Assembly: GCA_963737065.1 (NCBI GenBank)
Contig: CAVTRC010000001.1
Span: 320,001-384,000, forward strand
DNA: 64,000 nt
Direction of reading: 5' to 3'
DNA from: Candidatus Eremiobacteria bacterium
Lineage (GTDB): Bacteria > Vulcanimicrobiota > Vulcanimicrobiia > Vulcanimicrobiales > Vulcanimicrobiaceae
Part shown: piece after piece, positions 55,122 to 64,000 of the stretch
Layout of the letters: each line of letters opens with the position of its first letter
Numbering within the stretch: the first letter of the stretch is position 1
Notes under the pieces: generated by a model
What the model was told of the DNA's origin: nothing
The model's input: only the letters and a program-made list of their open reading frames with translations
The model's database searches: none
Made by a program: the position numbers and the translations under genes

Positions 55122-56798
55122 ATGTTGCGACACGTCGTTTTCGTATTTGCTTTCATCGCGCTTGATGTTCTATCGATCGGATCTCGTACGAGCGCGCAAA
55201 CGACCTCTGCGGCGGAACGCACGATCCGCCACGTCCTCGGACGGAACGCAACCGAAGATCAAATCAAACAAGCCGTAAACGGTTTCGAAGATCAAAAGCG
55301 GCGAGAGAGCCAGCCGCGCCTCGTTCCCGTAGAAGCAGTTCCCGGCGGCGCAACGCCAACTCCGCCGAAACTCGCGATAACGCCGATCGCGACCAGTCAG
55401 CCGATTCCGCCGAAGCAAACAAGTTCCGGCGGGAAAAGCGTCTTCAAGCAAATCGGTAGGCTGATTGCAATTTGCGCGCGGCAATGGCGCTCGGGAAAGT
55501 GCATAATAGACGTACGCGATCCGAACAATCCCGTCGACGGATCGAACGACAAACAGATCACCGACATGCTCGCAAGTCCCGGCGAAGCGTTTACTGACGT
55601 TTCGATCCCAACCGCATTTCCGACCGATCCACCAAGTCCAACGCCCGCGGAGCAACGCGTGCAAGCGCTAAAATCCGCGATCGACGATGCGTTCGTCGGG
55701 AATGCGAATCCGCCGGAAAACTATGTGCCGAATCCCGAGCTCGAAACGGCGCTACACGACGCGACGGCTGTCCACGTTACCGCGCCTGCCGATCGGAGTC
55801 TTATCCCGAATGCAACTCCTACACCGTCAGTCATCGTACGCCTTGCCGATGGCCCGTACGGATCGGCTGAACTAGACTTCGAAACGTCAGTGACCGCGCC
55901 GGCGTTTTTCCCCTCGGACCCAACCGCTGTGCAATTCGGCGCCGGCATATGCAGCACAGCAGTACTTAAACTCAATCTCATTCTAAGCGGTCATCTCTAT
56001 CAACCGGATCCAATAACGGTTTCAGCGCTCGACGTCGAAGGTGCGCTTGCAGACGGTTCAAAGCCGTCTCTGACCGTGACACCGACGATTTTCGGCAAAA
56101 CGGGCTCCGCCCTCGTCAAACTGTCGAGTAACGCGACGCTCGAATATAACAATGCATCCGTCGCGAGCTTCTCGCAGGATCTGTGTGGCATCACGGAGCC
56201 GTTTCAGCTCCTTACCGGTATCAACATCACCGCTCAGTTGCAGTGCGAAATATCAGCGGGGTATGGAGCCTACGTCGACGCGAATGTCGGCGTGCAAAGG
56301 CTGCTCGTCACGCCTGTTATTCGCGCGTACCTTATCGGCTCGATCGATACGTCATTTTTCGGCAACCTCATCGAGGCGAAAGCCGCCGGACGATACAACG
56401 TCATCGATGCGTACGGCAATGCGGGACTGTACGCTCGTCCGGTTCACGACTTTGCCGCAGGAGCAAACCGGCGCGCAGTTTTCCTCGCAATGGCGCCCTA
56501 CACGTACGCGTCCGCTAATACCGGCGAGAGCCTCATAACATTCACCGTGTCGGCATTGTCTAAAAGTATCGTTTTTGTCGTCGGCCTCACCCCGGCACGG
56601 ACGATTGCGGAGTTCCCAGCAGCGAGCAACGCGAACGGTGCCGGTTATTTCTACGCGATCTCAACGCCGCTCCACGCATCCGGTACGACGCCCGGTAACT
56701 GCACCGACTACTCACTGACGCGTCGACTACCGAGGATAGATAGGCTCGCCGCCGCTCGCGGCCGTTGGAGCTGTAGCGACCTACGAGCCGCCCGGTAG
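55122..56798 (+). CDS. Large secreted hypothetical protein
   Basis: Signal-like N-terminus, Pro-rich linker and beta-rich C-terminal region. No recognised motif. Confidence 0.65.
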   Translation: MLRHVVFVFAFIALDVLSIGSRTSAQTTSAAERTIRHVLGRNATEDQIKQAVNGFEDQKRRESQPRLVPVEAVPGGATPTPPKLAITPIATSQPIPPKQTSSGGKSVFKQIGRLIAICARQWRSGKCIIDVRDPNNPVDGSNDKQITDMLASPGEAFTDVSIPTAFPTDPPSPTPAEQRVQALKSAIDDAFVGNANPPENYVPNPELETALHDATAVHVTAPADRSLIPNATPTPSVIVRLADGPYGSAELDFETSVTAPAFFPSDPTAVQFGAGICSTAVLKLNLILSGHLYQPDPITVSALDVEGALADGSKPSLTVTPTIFGKTGSALVKLSSNATLEYNNASVASFSQDLCGITEPFQLLTGINITAQLQCEISAGYGAYVDANVGVQRLLVTPVIRAYLIGSIDTSFFGNLIEAKAAGRYNVIDAYGNAGLYARPVHDFAAGANRRAVFLAMAPYTYASANTGESLITFTVSALSKSIVFVVGLTPARTIAEFPAASNANGAGYFYAISTPLHASGTTPGNCTDYSLTRRLPRIDRLAAARGRWSCSDLRAAR

Positions 56799-56921
56799 CC
56801 GATCCGGGCCGACTACTCAGTTTTAGGTATTCTCGCAAGCGCTCCCACAGCCATACGCTCGTGGAGGTGGTTCACTTCGCAGCCCGTGCCTCGGGCGTTC
56901 CGCGCTATTGGAGATGCCGCG

Positions 56922-58865
56922 ATGAAGAAACTGTTTCTCTCGTTGTTCGCAGCGGGAATTGGCATTGTGCCGGTGTCCTGCTCGCACACCACGACGTCCA
57001 CGATGCCGCCGATGGCGCCCGAATCCGGTGCCGGCGGATTTTCACAAAGGTTTGCTGCTACAGCAAACGTCCCGTCGGGCTGGGCCGCGACCGCGACGCG
57101 AGCGGTATCGATCGGGACTTCGTCGGCTGGCAAGACGTCAGCGGCAGCGGTCCTATCTGAATCGGTTCCGCTTCGCATTGTCGTCGGCCTCAGCATGCGA
57201 GATGCCGCGGGCGCGCAGGCGTTCGTCCAGCGCGCGTACACGCCTGGGAGTGCTTCGTTTCACGCCTGGATGACTCCGGATCAGTTCACAGCAACGTTCA
57301 ATCCGACGCTCGCGCAAGCGAACGCCGTCGCGTCGTACTTGCGCGGACAGGGCCTCACCGATGTTTCGATCGAGCCGAATCGATTGATGGTGACGGCCAC
57401 CGGCACGCCTGCGCGCATTGGAGCCGCGTTTCACACGTCGATTCGCACGTCAACGGCAAATGGCCAACGCGTGTACGGCAACGTTACACCGGCACTCGTG
57501 CCGGCGCAGTTCCGCGGTGTCGTGGTTGCGGTTCTGGGACTGAACAATACCTACCAGATGAAAACGCACTTCATGCTGAGCCAGCATTCGCGCATATTGA
57601 CCGCGCCCGCGTTTGGAACCGCAGAGCCCAACGTTGCCGGCACGCCATCGCCGTGTCTTCAGGTCGTCAACGGCATCTGCATCGGTGGCGAATACGGGCC
57701 ACCGCAATATCAAGTCGCGTACGACGCGGATGCAAAACAGTGCCCCGCGACCTGCCAGGGCGGCAATACGTCGATTGCCGTGATGGCGGAAGGGAAAGTC
57801 AGCCAAGTTTTAACGGACCTGCGCACCGCCGAAACATTTTGGGCGCTTCCGAAGGTTGCGTACTCGGTGCGGCAGGTGGGCATCTCGAGCGTCGATACAT
57901 CGGGCATCGATGAGTGGGATTTAGACACGCAAATTTCGAGCGGAATCGCGCAAAGCGTGAAACACCTCTATCTGTATGACACGACCTCGCTCACGGATTC
58001 CGACACGGCACTGGAGTTCAGTCACTGGGTCAACGACAATCTCACGCAGGCCGGCAATGCATCGTTCGGTGAGCCCGAAAGTTTGGCATACGCGGACGGA
58101 TCGATGTTGGTCGACGATGAGGAATTCAATCAGGCCGCGGCTCAAGGAATGACGATGTTCGCTTCAACCGGCGACAACGGCGAAGGCTGTCCGGTCGTGG
58201 CGGCAACCGGCGTACCGAACACCGGCGTGCCCGAAGTATGCTATCCCGCAGCATCGCCGTACGTCGTCGCCGTGGGCGGCACGACGCTCGACACGAACGC
58301 CAGCGGCACGCAGCCCGGCACCTATTATGGTGAGCACGTATGGGTTGGAACCGGCGGCGGCGTCAGTAAATACGAAACCGCTCCGTATTGGCAGACGAAC
58401 GGCATCTGCGCTGCATGCACGGCCGGACGCAGCATCGCGGACGTCGCCATGTGCGCGGACAATAATGGGTGCCCGATGGACGTGTTCGTCAACGGCGCGC
58501 AAACCGGCGTTGGCGGCACGAGTCTCTCGTCGCCGATGTCGATGGGAATCTGGGCGCGCTTGGAGACGCATTTCGGCAACAAGTTGGGCTTCGCGGCTCC
58601 GGTCTATTACGGCGTCTATGCGCACTACGAACCGTGTCCGTTGGGATCGACGGCGTGCGTGCCATCAGGCGAACCGGCCGACAATACATCAGCGCTACCG
58701 CCGGACACGACCGCTCCAATCGGAGGCTTCCACGACATTCTCTTTGGAACCAACGGCATTCCAAGCTCCGCAGCGCCGGGTTGGGACACGCCGACGGGAC
58801 TCGGCTCCGTGAACTACTGCGTCATGCAAAAGGATCTTTCAAACTCGGCGTTCTCCGGTCACTAA
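56922..58865 (+). CDS. S53 sedolisin/kumamolisin serine-carboxyl peptidase with prodomain
   Basis: Prodomain (MTPDQF), EWDLD (ExxxD), STGDNG, GGTSLSSP and C-terminal GWDTPTGLGS. Confidence 0.93.
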   Translation: MKKLFLSLFAAGIGIVPVSCSHTTTSTMPPMAPESGAGGFSQRFAATANVPSGWAATATRAVSIGTSSAGKTSAAAVLSESVPLRIVVGLSMRDAAGAQAFVQRAYTPGSASFHAWMTPDQFTATFNPTLAQANAVASYLRGQGLTDVSIEPNRLMVTATGTPARIGAAFHTSIRTSTANGQRVYGNVTPALVPAQFRGVVVAVLGLNNTYQMKTHFMLSQHSRILTAPAFGTAEPNVAGTPSPCLQVVNGICIGGEYGPPQYQVAYDADAKQCPATCQGGNTSIAVMAEGKVSQVLTDLRTAETFWALPKVAYSVRQVGISSVDTSGIDEWDLDTQISSGIAQSVKHLYLYDTTSLTDSDTALEFSHWVNDNLTQAGNASFGEPESLAYADGSMLVDDEEFNQAAAQGMTMFASTGDNGEGCPVVAATGVPNTGVPEVCYPAASPYVVAVGGTTLDTNASGTQPGTYYGEHVWVGTGGGVSKYETAPYWQTNGICAACTAGRSIADVAMCADNNGCPMDVFVNGAQTGVGGTSLSSPMSMGIWARLETHFGNKLGFAAPVYYGVYAHYEPCPLGSTACVPSGEPADNTSALPPDTTAPIGGFHDILFGTNGIPSSAAPGWDTPTGLGSVNYCVMQKDLSNSAFSGH

Positions 58866-58869
58866 GTCG

Positions 58870-59380
58870 AATTTGTGCAGCGGCAAAAGAGGCGCAGCTA
58901 AAAAGCTGCGCTTCTTGCCGCATAGGTCGGCGCGCTGCAGCGGAAGTCCACAGCAGCACATTGGTCCAGTCTGCGAGATACGCTGACCACCACTCGAGTC
59001 CGTCACTTGCGCATTGTTCGAAAATACGCGCAGCGAGCGGTTGCGTTACGGCGCGATCGCGAGTAACGATTTCGATTACGCGCGCGACGCGTTGTGCGCA
59101 AAGCGTTGTGACATCACCAAGATCGGTAAGTTGTAAGTGGCCGGCCTCCATGATGGCAGGCGCGTATGGTCCTCGGGGGCTGCGAAATGTCTTTGGCCGC
59201 CAAGCGCGAAGCTGCGCGAATCGTTCGCCGATCGCGCCCTCGGGCGACGTCAAGCAGTACAGCCCGTGGTGCAGGTCAGTTGTCAAAGCGACCCACTGAC
59301 GATGTTGGACGAAAGAAAACGCCGCCGGGCGCATCGACGGCGGCGTTGTGGTCCCAAGAAAAGACGCGGTAGAGCCTCAG
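58870..59380 (-). pseudogene. Frameshifted RES-domain toxin
   Basis: CTG-RLYRVFSWD…GRFDN, a frameshift at about 59278, then DLHHGLYC…AIGERF…TRDRAVTQ…GLEWWS…WTNVLLW. Confidence 0.75.
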
Positions 59381-59769
59381 GCAAAGCCCCGGCTTCGATT
59401 CGATCCAGCACTTCCAGCACCGGCGCCGCGCCGCGAGCAGCGAGCATGGCGACGGGTTGGCAGAATCCGAACGTCGGCTCTGAGCCTTCGAGCCAATCGA
59501 TCACGACGTTGGCATCGCCGAAGACTTGGACGGCTCGCGCGAGAGTAGACGCATGAGCTGGACAATTAACGCGAGCCGCATCCCGGTTGCCAAACTGCAC
59601 GAATTAGGCGCAATGCAGCTGCGGCTTGCCCGCTTTGCCTCGATCATCGGCACGAGGGCGTTGGCCGATCTCCTAGGCGTGGACAACGGAAACTTGTCCC
59701 GTATGATTGCCGGCAGCCGTTCTGTCCCTGAACAAATTGGAAAGCGGCTCCTCGATCTGGATCACGTCT
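59377..59769. pseudogene. Xre/MbcA-type antitoxin broken by an internal inversion
   Basis: The HTH half (MSWTIN…ALADLLGVDNGNLSR…RLLDLDHV) reads on + at 59553-59769. The C-terminal half (ARAVQVFG…DWLEGSEP…IEAGA) reads on - at 59545-59377. Confidence 0.65.
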
Positions 59770-59782
59770 TACCCCGCGCGTT

Positions 59783-59803
59783 TGACAGCGTAAAGCGCTG
59801 TCA
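59783..59803. promoter_or_regulatory. Palindrome TGACAGCG-N5-CGCTGTCA, probable TA operator overlapping TTGACA
   Basis: Perfect 8-bp inverted repeat between two TA-like loci. Confidence 0.5.
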
Positions 59804-59853
59804 GCGCATTCCCATGATTCGAACCGTTTCCGACGCTGCCGCGCGAAGCTACT

Positions 59854-60222
59854 ATGTCGTTAGATATACCATTTTACGAAGATGACGCGTGGAAGTTGCC
59901 CGCTCCAGCCCTATTCGGCACCCGAATGCGGACCGCGCTTTTAATGCTTATCGCCGTGCTGGAGCAAACCTACCCAGCGGAAATCAGTCGCTACCTTGGT
60001 TCCACCATTCCGGCAATTCAAAAAACGCTCGACAAGCTGGAGGACGAGGGCCTACTCGCCACGCGGCAAGTTGCGGTGAGGACGGTATCTCTAAACCCAC
60101 AATATCCCGCATTTCGAGAACTGCGCGCTTTCCTACTGAGGCTTGCGGAGGGATACGAGCAATATCGTCTCGTCAAGGAGTCGCGTCGAACGCGGCCGCG
60201 CAGGCGACGTAAGCCACTTTGA
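59854..60222 (+). CDS. Winged-helix DNA-binding protein (putative antitoxin or regulator)
   Basis: LFG…YPAEIS…IQKTLDKLEDEGLL…LNPQYP and a basic tail RPRRRRKPL. Confidence 0.75.
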   Translation: MSLDIPFYEDDAWKLPAPALFGTRMRTALLMLIAVLEQTYPAEISRYLGSTIPAIQKTLDKLEDEGLLATRQVAVRTVSLNPQYPAFRELRAFLLRLAEGYEQYRLVKESRRTRPRRRRKPL

Positions 60223-60770
60223 TTTCGCGGCAAAGTAGCCTCGCTGATATCTGCTTTGCCGTGTCGCAAGCGCTTGAGGTACACGGCATTAGCGCCGTCC
60301 TCACCGGAGGCAGCGCAGCGGCTGTGCATGCCCGTGGCGCCTATACATCATACGATGTGGACTTCATTCTCGAACGGGATGAGCCACTTACGGAAATCGT
60401 CAACGCGCTCGGCTCGATTCGGTTCATACGTAACGGAAAATCGCGCATGTTCGTCCATCCGGATACAAGTTATACGATTGACTTCCCACGCGGCCCGCTG
60501 GCCGTCGGTGGCGATTACGTACATGAAACTGCAACACTGACGAATGGGGACATGACGTTGCGTATTCTTTCACCGACGGATTGTGTGCGCGATCGCTTAG
60601 CCCATTTCTATCGTTGGGGCGACTACACGGCGCTCAATGCGGCCGTCGCTGTTGCAGCCGCCAACCGTGAGAACATCAATTTCGATCTCCTACGCTCGTG
60701 GTCGACTCGCGAGGAAGGTCTAGAGGAATTCGCCGAGTTCGAGCGTCGACTCGCGAAGGCCAAGGGATAG
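60219..60770 (+). CDS. Pol-beta-like nucleotidyltransferase (AbiEii/MenT-like) partner
   Basis: VLTGGSA…TSYDVDFI (GG/S…DxD) and LSPTDCVRDRL motifs. TTGA coupling. Confidence 0.75.
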   Translation: MISRQSSLADICFAVSQALEVHGISAVLTGGSAAAVHARGAYTSYDVDFILERDEPLTEIVNALGSIRFIRNGKSRMFVHPDTSYTIDFPRGPLAVGGDYVHETATLTNGDMTLRILSPTDCVRDRLAHFYRWGDYTALNAAVAVAAANRENINFDLLRSWSTREEGLEEFAEFERRLAKAKG

Positions 60771-60858
60771 ACACATAACGTTTCGCGCAGGCGAAAGCAG
60801 CAGTTGTCGACGCTGCCTCATTCTCTAACTTTGATAACTTCATGTGATGGTATCCCCG

Positions 60859-61225
60859 TGAGTGCGCCGCTGGTATGTCGAATGTGAGGCCTAAGCCTCT
60901 AAGGACGCCACACGTGGAAATCTCGATGCAGCGAAACTCAATCGTCGGGATCCTCAGGAGCTCAAAGGCGGCTCGGCGCGCTGTGCCGCAAGTACGGGAT
61001 CAGCAAAGCAACGTTCTACAACTAGCGATCGAAGTACGCCGGCCTGGAAGTGAGCTACTTGATGCGGCTCAAGCAGCTCAGACGAAAACGGGGATTGAAA
61101 AAGATCGTCGCTGAGCGTCAACCGCAAACTGTTGCGTGATCGGTCGCTACGGAATGACGATTCGTTGCGGTTACGTCTGATTGCGCGTGCGGCGGAAAAC
61201 CGGCGATACGGTCTTCCACGCCGCG
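60859..61225 (+). mobile_element. Degraded IS3-family (IS407-like) transposase remnant
   Basis: KYGISKATFYN*RSKYAGLEVS…RLKQL (Trp codon replaced by TAG at 61023), and orfB start LIARAAENRRYG. Boundaries are approximate. Confidence 0.75.
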
Positions 61226-61324
61226 ATTCTCGCCGATGTCGCGATAGCGGCAGACGAGCTGCGCGCGCTGTTGTAATGATTTCACTGCATGGCAATCGGG
61301 CGCAGCGGTTCCGTTAACCGTTCG

Positions 61325-61890
61325 CGTCGCTCGCGCGCCCATGAACCGATATTCGGTGTGCAGATGATCGATCCGCCGCATCATCTCCAGATCGGTGTGC
61401 GAAACCGGTACCGGCGTGTAATACAAAGAACTGCGCGAAAGATCGAGCAGATCGGCTTGATGCGTAAGCGGAAGACCGTGCTCGCGATCGATCATCGCTT
61501 TCCGCTAGGGCCGCCGACGCGCCCGGCGCTTTTCCTAGAAATTGTTTTCCAACGTGAGCCGGCCGATTTTCGCGTGGAGCTTTTCGACATCGACTTCCTC
61601 GGTCTTCACGCTGCTGCCGTGGAACGCCGAGACTGCGTTCTCGAGCAGTTGGCTCTTCCACTGCGCGATGAGGTGTGGATGGATATCGAACTTCGTCGCG
61701 ATTTCGGCGACGTCGGTTCGCCGCGAACGGCGAGGAGCGACACCTTTGCCTTGAAAACCGGAGAGTGATTCCGGCGGGAACGCCTGCCGCGAAAATGAAC
61801 TTGTGACGCCTTTTCGCTTCGGATGGAGCGAAGTCATCAATTACGCGGCTGTCCGATTATTCGAGGCGATCTCTAGGTGGAGCGGCTTAG
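61325..61890 (-). mobile_element. Truncated IS3-family element (orfA plus the start of orfB)
   Basis: VAEIATKFDIHPHLIAQWK…LHAKIGRLTLENNF and MIDREH…LLDLSRSSLYY…MRRIDHLH…FMGAR. No DDE core. Boundaries are approximate. Confidence 0.8.
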
Positions 61891-62760
61891 TCAGCTCTGT
61901 TACGCGGCGACTTCAATACTATTGCGACGATGCGCGCAAGTCGTTCTTGCATCGCGCTTACGCGCATAATAGAGGTCGCCCTGACGATTCCGCGTGCGGT
62001 TTTGGACCAACGCAATAACATGGAAGGATCTTTTGAGCTGACGATCACCACCAGTGTTGACACGGACGCTCGCGTTGCGACCGCTCGAACACGGAACGGG
62101 CGCCGCCCCGGCGCGCATCGCGAAGCTCGCGGCGTTACACTAGATGCGAAGATTGCCGGCATGCCCAATGATCCCGGCGGCAACGACAATCGAAACGCCT
62201 CGAAGCTCGAACAATGCGGGCGCAAGGCGTTTAACGAAAGGGCGCAGTTGGCGTTTCAGCTCATTCACTGCAGCACTGCGTCGGCGGATTCCGAGATGGC
62301 CTCGTCGATCTCATCAACAAGCGCATCACCAGTGTTGCTTTTACCGCGATGACCCGTTAGAAGATCTGCTGCATTCTGCAATGCAATTTCGGTCGTCATG
62401 TTTGAGGCGCAGCGGTCCAATCGCGAGCCGCAATGCAGCATCCCGCAGCCGATTTACAGCTTCCGTCCGCTGTCGCACGAGTCGATCGCGGAATGGCGCC
62501 CACGCTCGTGGAGGCGCTGATGGGCCGCTTTGCCGCAACGAAGGCCAGAAAAAACGACGTCGTCCTCGATGGGGTCGCCGAAGCGATCGGGCAAGAGCCG
62601 GCAAGCCTCAAAGACTGGCGAGTCGAAATGCCGCAGCGTTCACGTGATGCGTCCGGCGCATCGATATTTCATCAAAGTCTGAAACTATCGTTGGACAGCG
62701 TTACGCGACTGAGCCACTCCCGCCGCGACACAACGCGGGCGCGTCACGCGTTATGGCAGC

Positions 62761-63612
62761 ATGTTGAAACGACTGACTGATCCGGCGGACTGCGAGCGCC
62801 GGAGCGTTGTTCAAGTAACGAGCAAAAATCGAAATTGGGCCGGACTCGAAGCATTCGTTTGCGATGTGTCGGAAGGGTTTTCGTTGCCGGCACCATCCGA
62901 AAATTACAAAATCTGCATGCACATCGGCGAGCCGATCCATTCGACTTGCCGTTGCGATGGTGCAGTGCATGCCAGGCTTCAGGTTCATGGCGACCTCGAC
63001 ATCATGCCACCGGGATCATTTGCCGCGTGGCACGATGAAGCGCCATCAAGGCTGCTTTGCATCCGGCTTTATCCATCACTACTTAGTGAAGTGAGTCGAA
63101 CAATGGGAGGCGCGTTCGCCGGAAGTCCTCGGCTTCAGATACGCGACCCACGCATCGAACACATCGCTTGGGCAATCAACAGCGAGCTGCAGGCAGAGGA
63201 ACCCTTTGGCCGGCTGTACGCCGAGAGTCTCGGCGTAGCGCTGTGCACGCACGTGTTGCGCCAATACGCCTACATGGCGCCGATCGCCCAGCCTCGGGCC
63301 TTGCCGAAACGGCGGGTGCAGCGCGCCGTTCATCATATCCACGAGCGAATCGATGCGGAGCTTTCGCTGCAGGAACTGGCTGCTGTAGCGGATCTAAGCG
63401 TCTCGCATTTCAAAGCAGTGTTTAAAGAAGTCGTCGGCATGCCGGTGCATCGGTACGTAATGAAAGCGCGCGTAGAATATGCCGTTAACCTTATTACGCT
63501 CGGGCGCCTCCCGCTATGCGACGTTGCTGCGCGATCCGGGTTCGCAAATCAAAGCCACATGGCGCGCTGCATTCGGCGCATGACTGGTTCATCGCCGAGC
63601 GGTTTGCGCTAG
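62761..63612 (+). CDS. AraC-family transcriptional regulator (intact paralog of 14650-15518)
   Basis: GRLYAESLG, ELSLQELA…SHFK…GMPVHRYV and GFANQSHM motifs. Confidence 0.9.
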   Translation: MLKRLTDPADCERRSVVQVTSKNRNWAGLEAFVCDVSEGFSLPAPSENYKICMHIGEPIHSTCRCDGAVHARLQVHGDLDIMPPGSFAAWHDEAPSRLLCIRLYPSLLSEVSRTMGGAFAGSPRLQIRDPRIEHIAWAINSELQAEEPFGRLYAESLGVALCTHVLRQYAYMAPIAQPRALPKRRVQRAVHHIHERIDAELSLQELAAVADLSVSHFKAVFKEVVGMPVHRYVMKARVEYAVNLITLGRLPLCDVAARSGFANQSHMARCIRRMTGSSPSGLR

Positions 63613-64000
63613 TGCGTTTCTCGCGCAGTTTGCACAAGTCGCGCTGGAAGCCTCCGGCGATAACACAAAGCGATGAGGTATGCGGCACATTACAACCGCG
63701 CGATCGTGGAGTACGCGTCGGACCGCTCGCGTGACGTGTTCGCTCGGGGCGTCAACCTCAGCCTCTAGCTTTTCCGGAACCTGACGCAGAAAGCACATGA
63801 TAGGACGCGGCCGAAACGTGTGCAATCGTGAACATTCCGGCGCCTCGGCGCAGTATTCCCGCCGCCCGCCGTTCCTCTGGTATACCTTTACGAAGCGTTT
63901 CGATCCAAACAAAGGCATTGTGTGATTGGCTTTTTCGTGTCGTTCCACACAGCGGTCCGCGCGGATGCCGCGCAGTGAAGGCTTGCCATCGATGCTGTAA

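Noticed and set aside
63589..64000. Minus-strand ORF at the right edge
   Set aside because: No recognisable motif and possibly truncated or degenerate, so it is left uncalled.

Overview
Bacterial chromosomal window of fairly high GC. The protein style (a TonB-dependent receptor with a PSPTPSPSP stalk, many Pro/Ser/Thr-rich lipoproteins, actinobacterial-like SigK/RskA and QcrC, a sedolisin) suggests a diderm soil bacterium such as Ca. Eremiobacterota/Vulcanimicrobiota. That assignment is an inference and was not verified. Left to right: a TPR gene; a small gene behind a leader-peptide/terminator/antiterminator attenuator; tRNA-Val(GAC); a phosphoesterase with pstSCA (no pstB) and a Pho-box-like array; thrS; an MFS transporter; an Xre-RES toxin-antitoxin pair whose toxin starts at CTG; and a frameshifted AraC gene next to a HAF-repeat lipoprotein. 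At about 19.8-33.2 kb lies the most interesting region, a candidate nickel-acquisition island. It contains an ECF sigma and RskA anti-sigma, two mirror-image TPR+DUF4331 modules (one split, one fused), a His-rich mini-protein, a TonB-dependent receptor and two Ni/Co permeases, tied together by a recurring CAATCC-N16-CGTTG promoter motif. It is followed by an 8-gene TPP/enolase/FAD-FeS/NDH-2/SDR/GH/isomerase/cyclase operon and general-stress genes with SigB/SigF-like promoters, two cytochromes c with a short-clade chlorite dismutase, a CarH/LitR-photolyase pair and a sedolisin. The window ends in a decayed accessory zone (inverted and frameshifted Xre-RES pair, wHTH+nucleotidyltransferase pair, two IS3 remnants, second AraC). 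All calls come from motif recognition by eye; no database searches were run.
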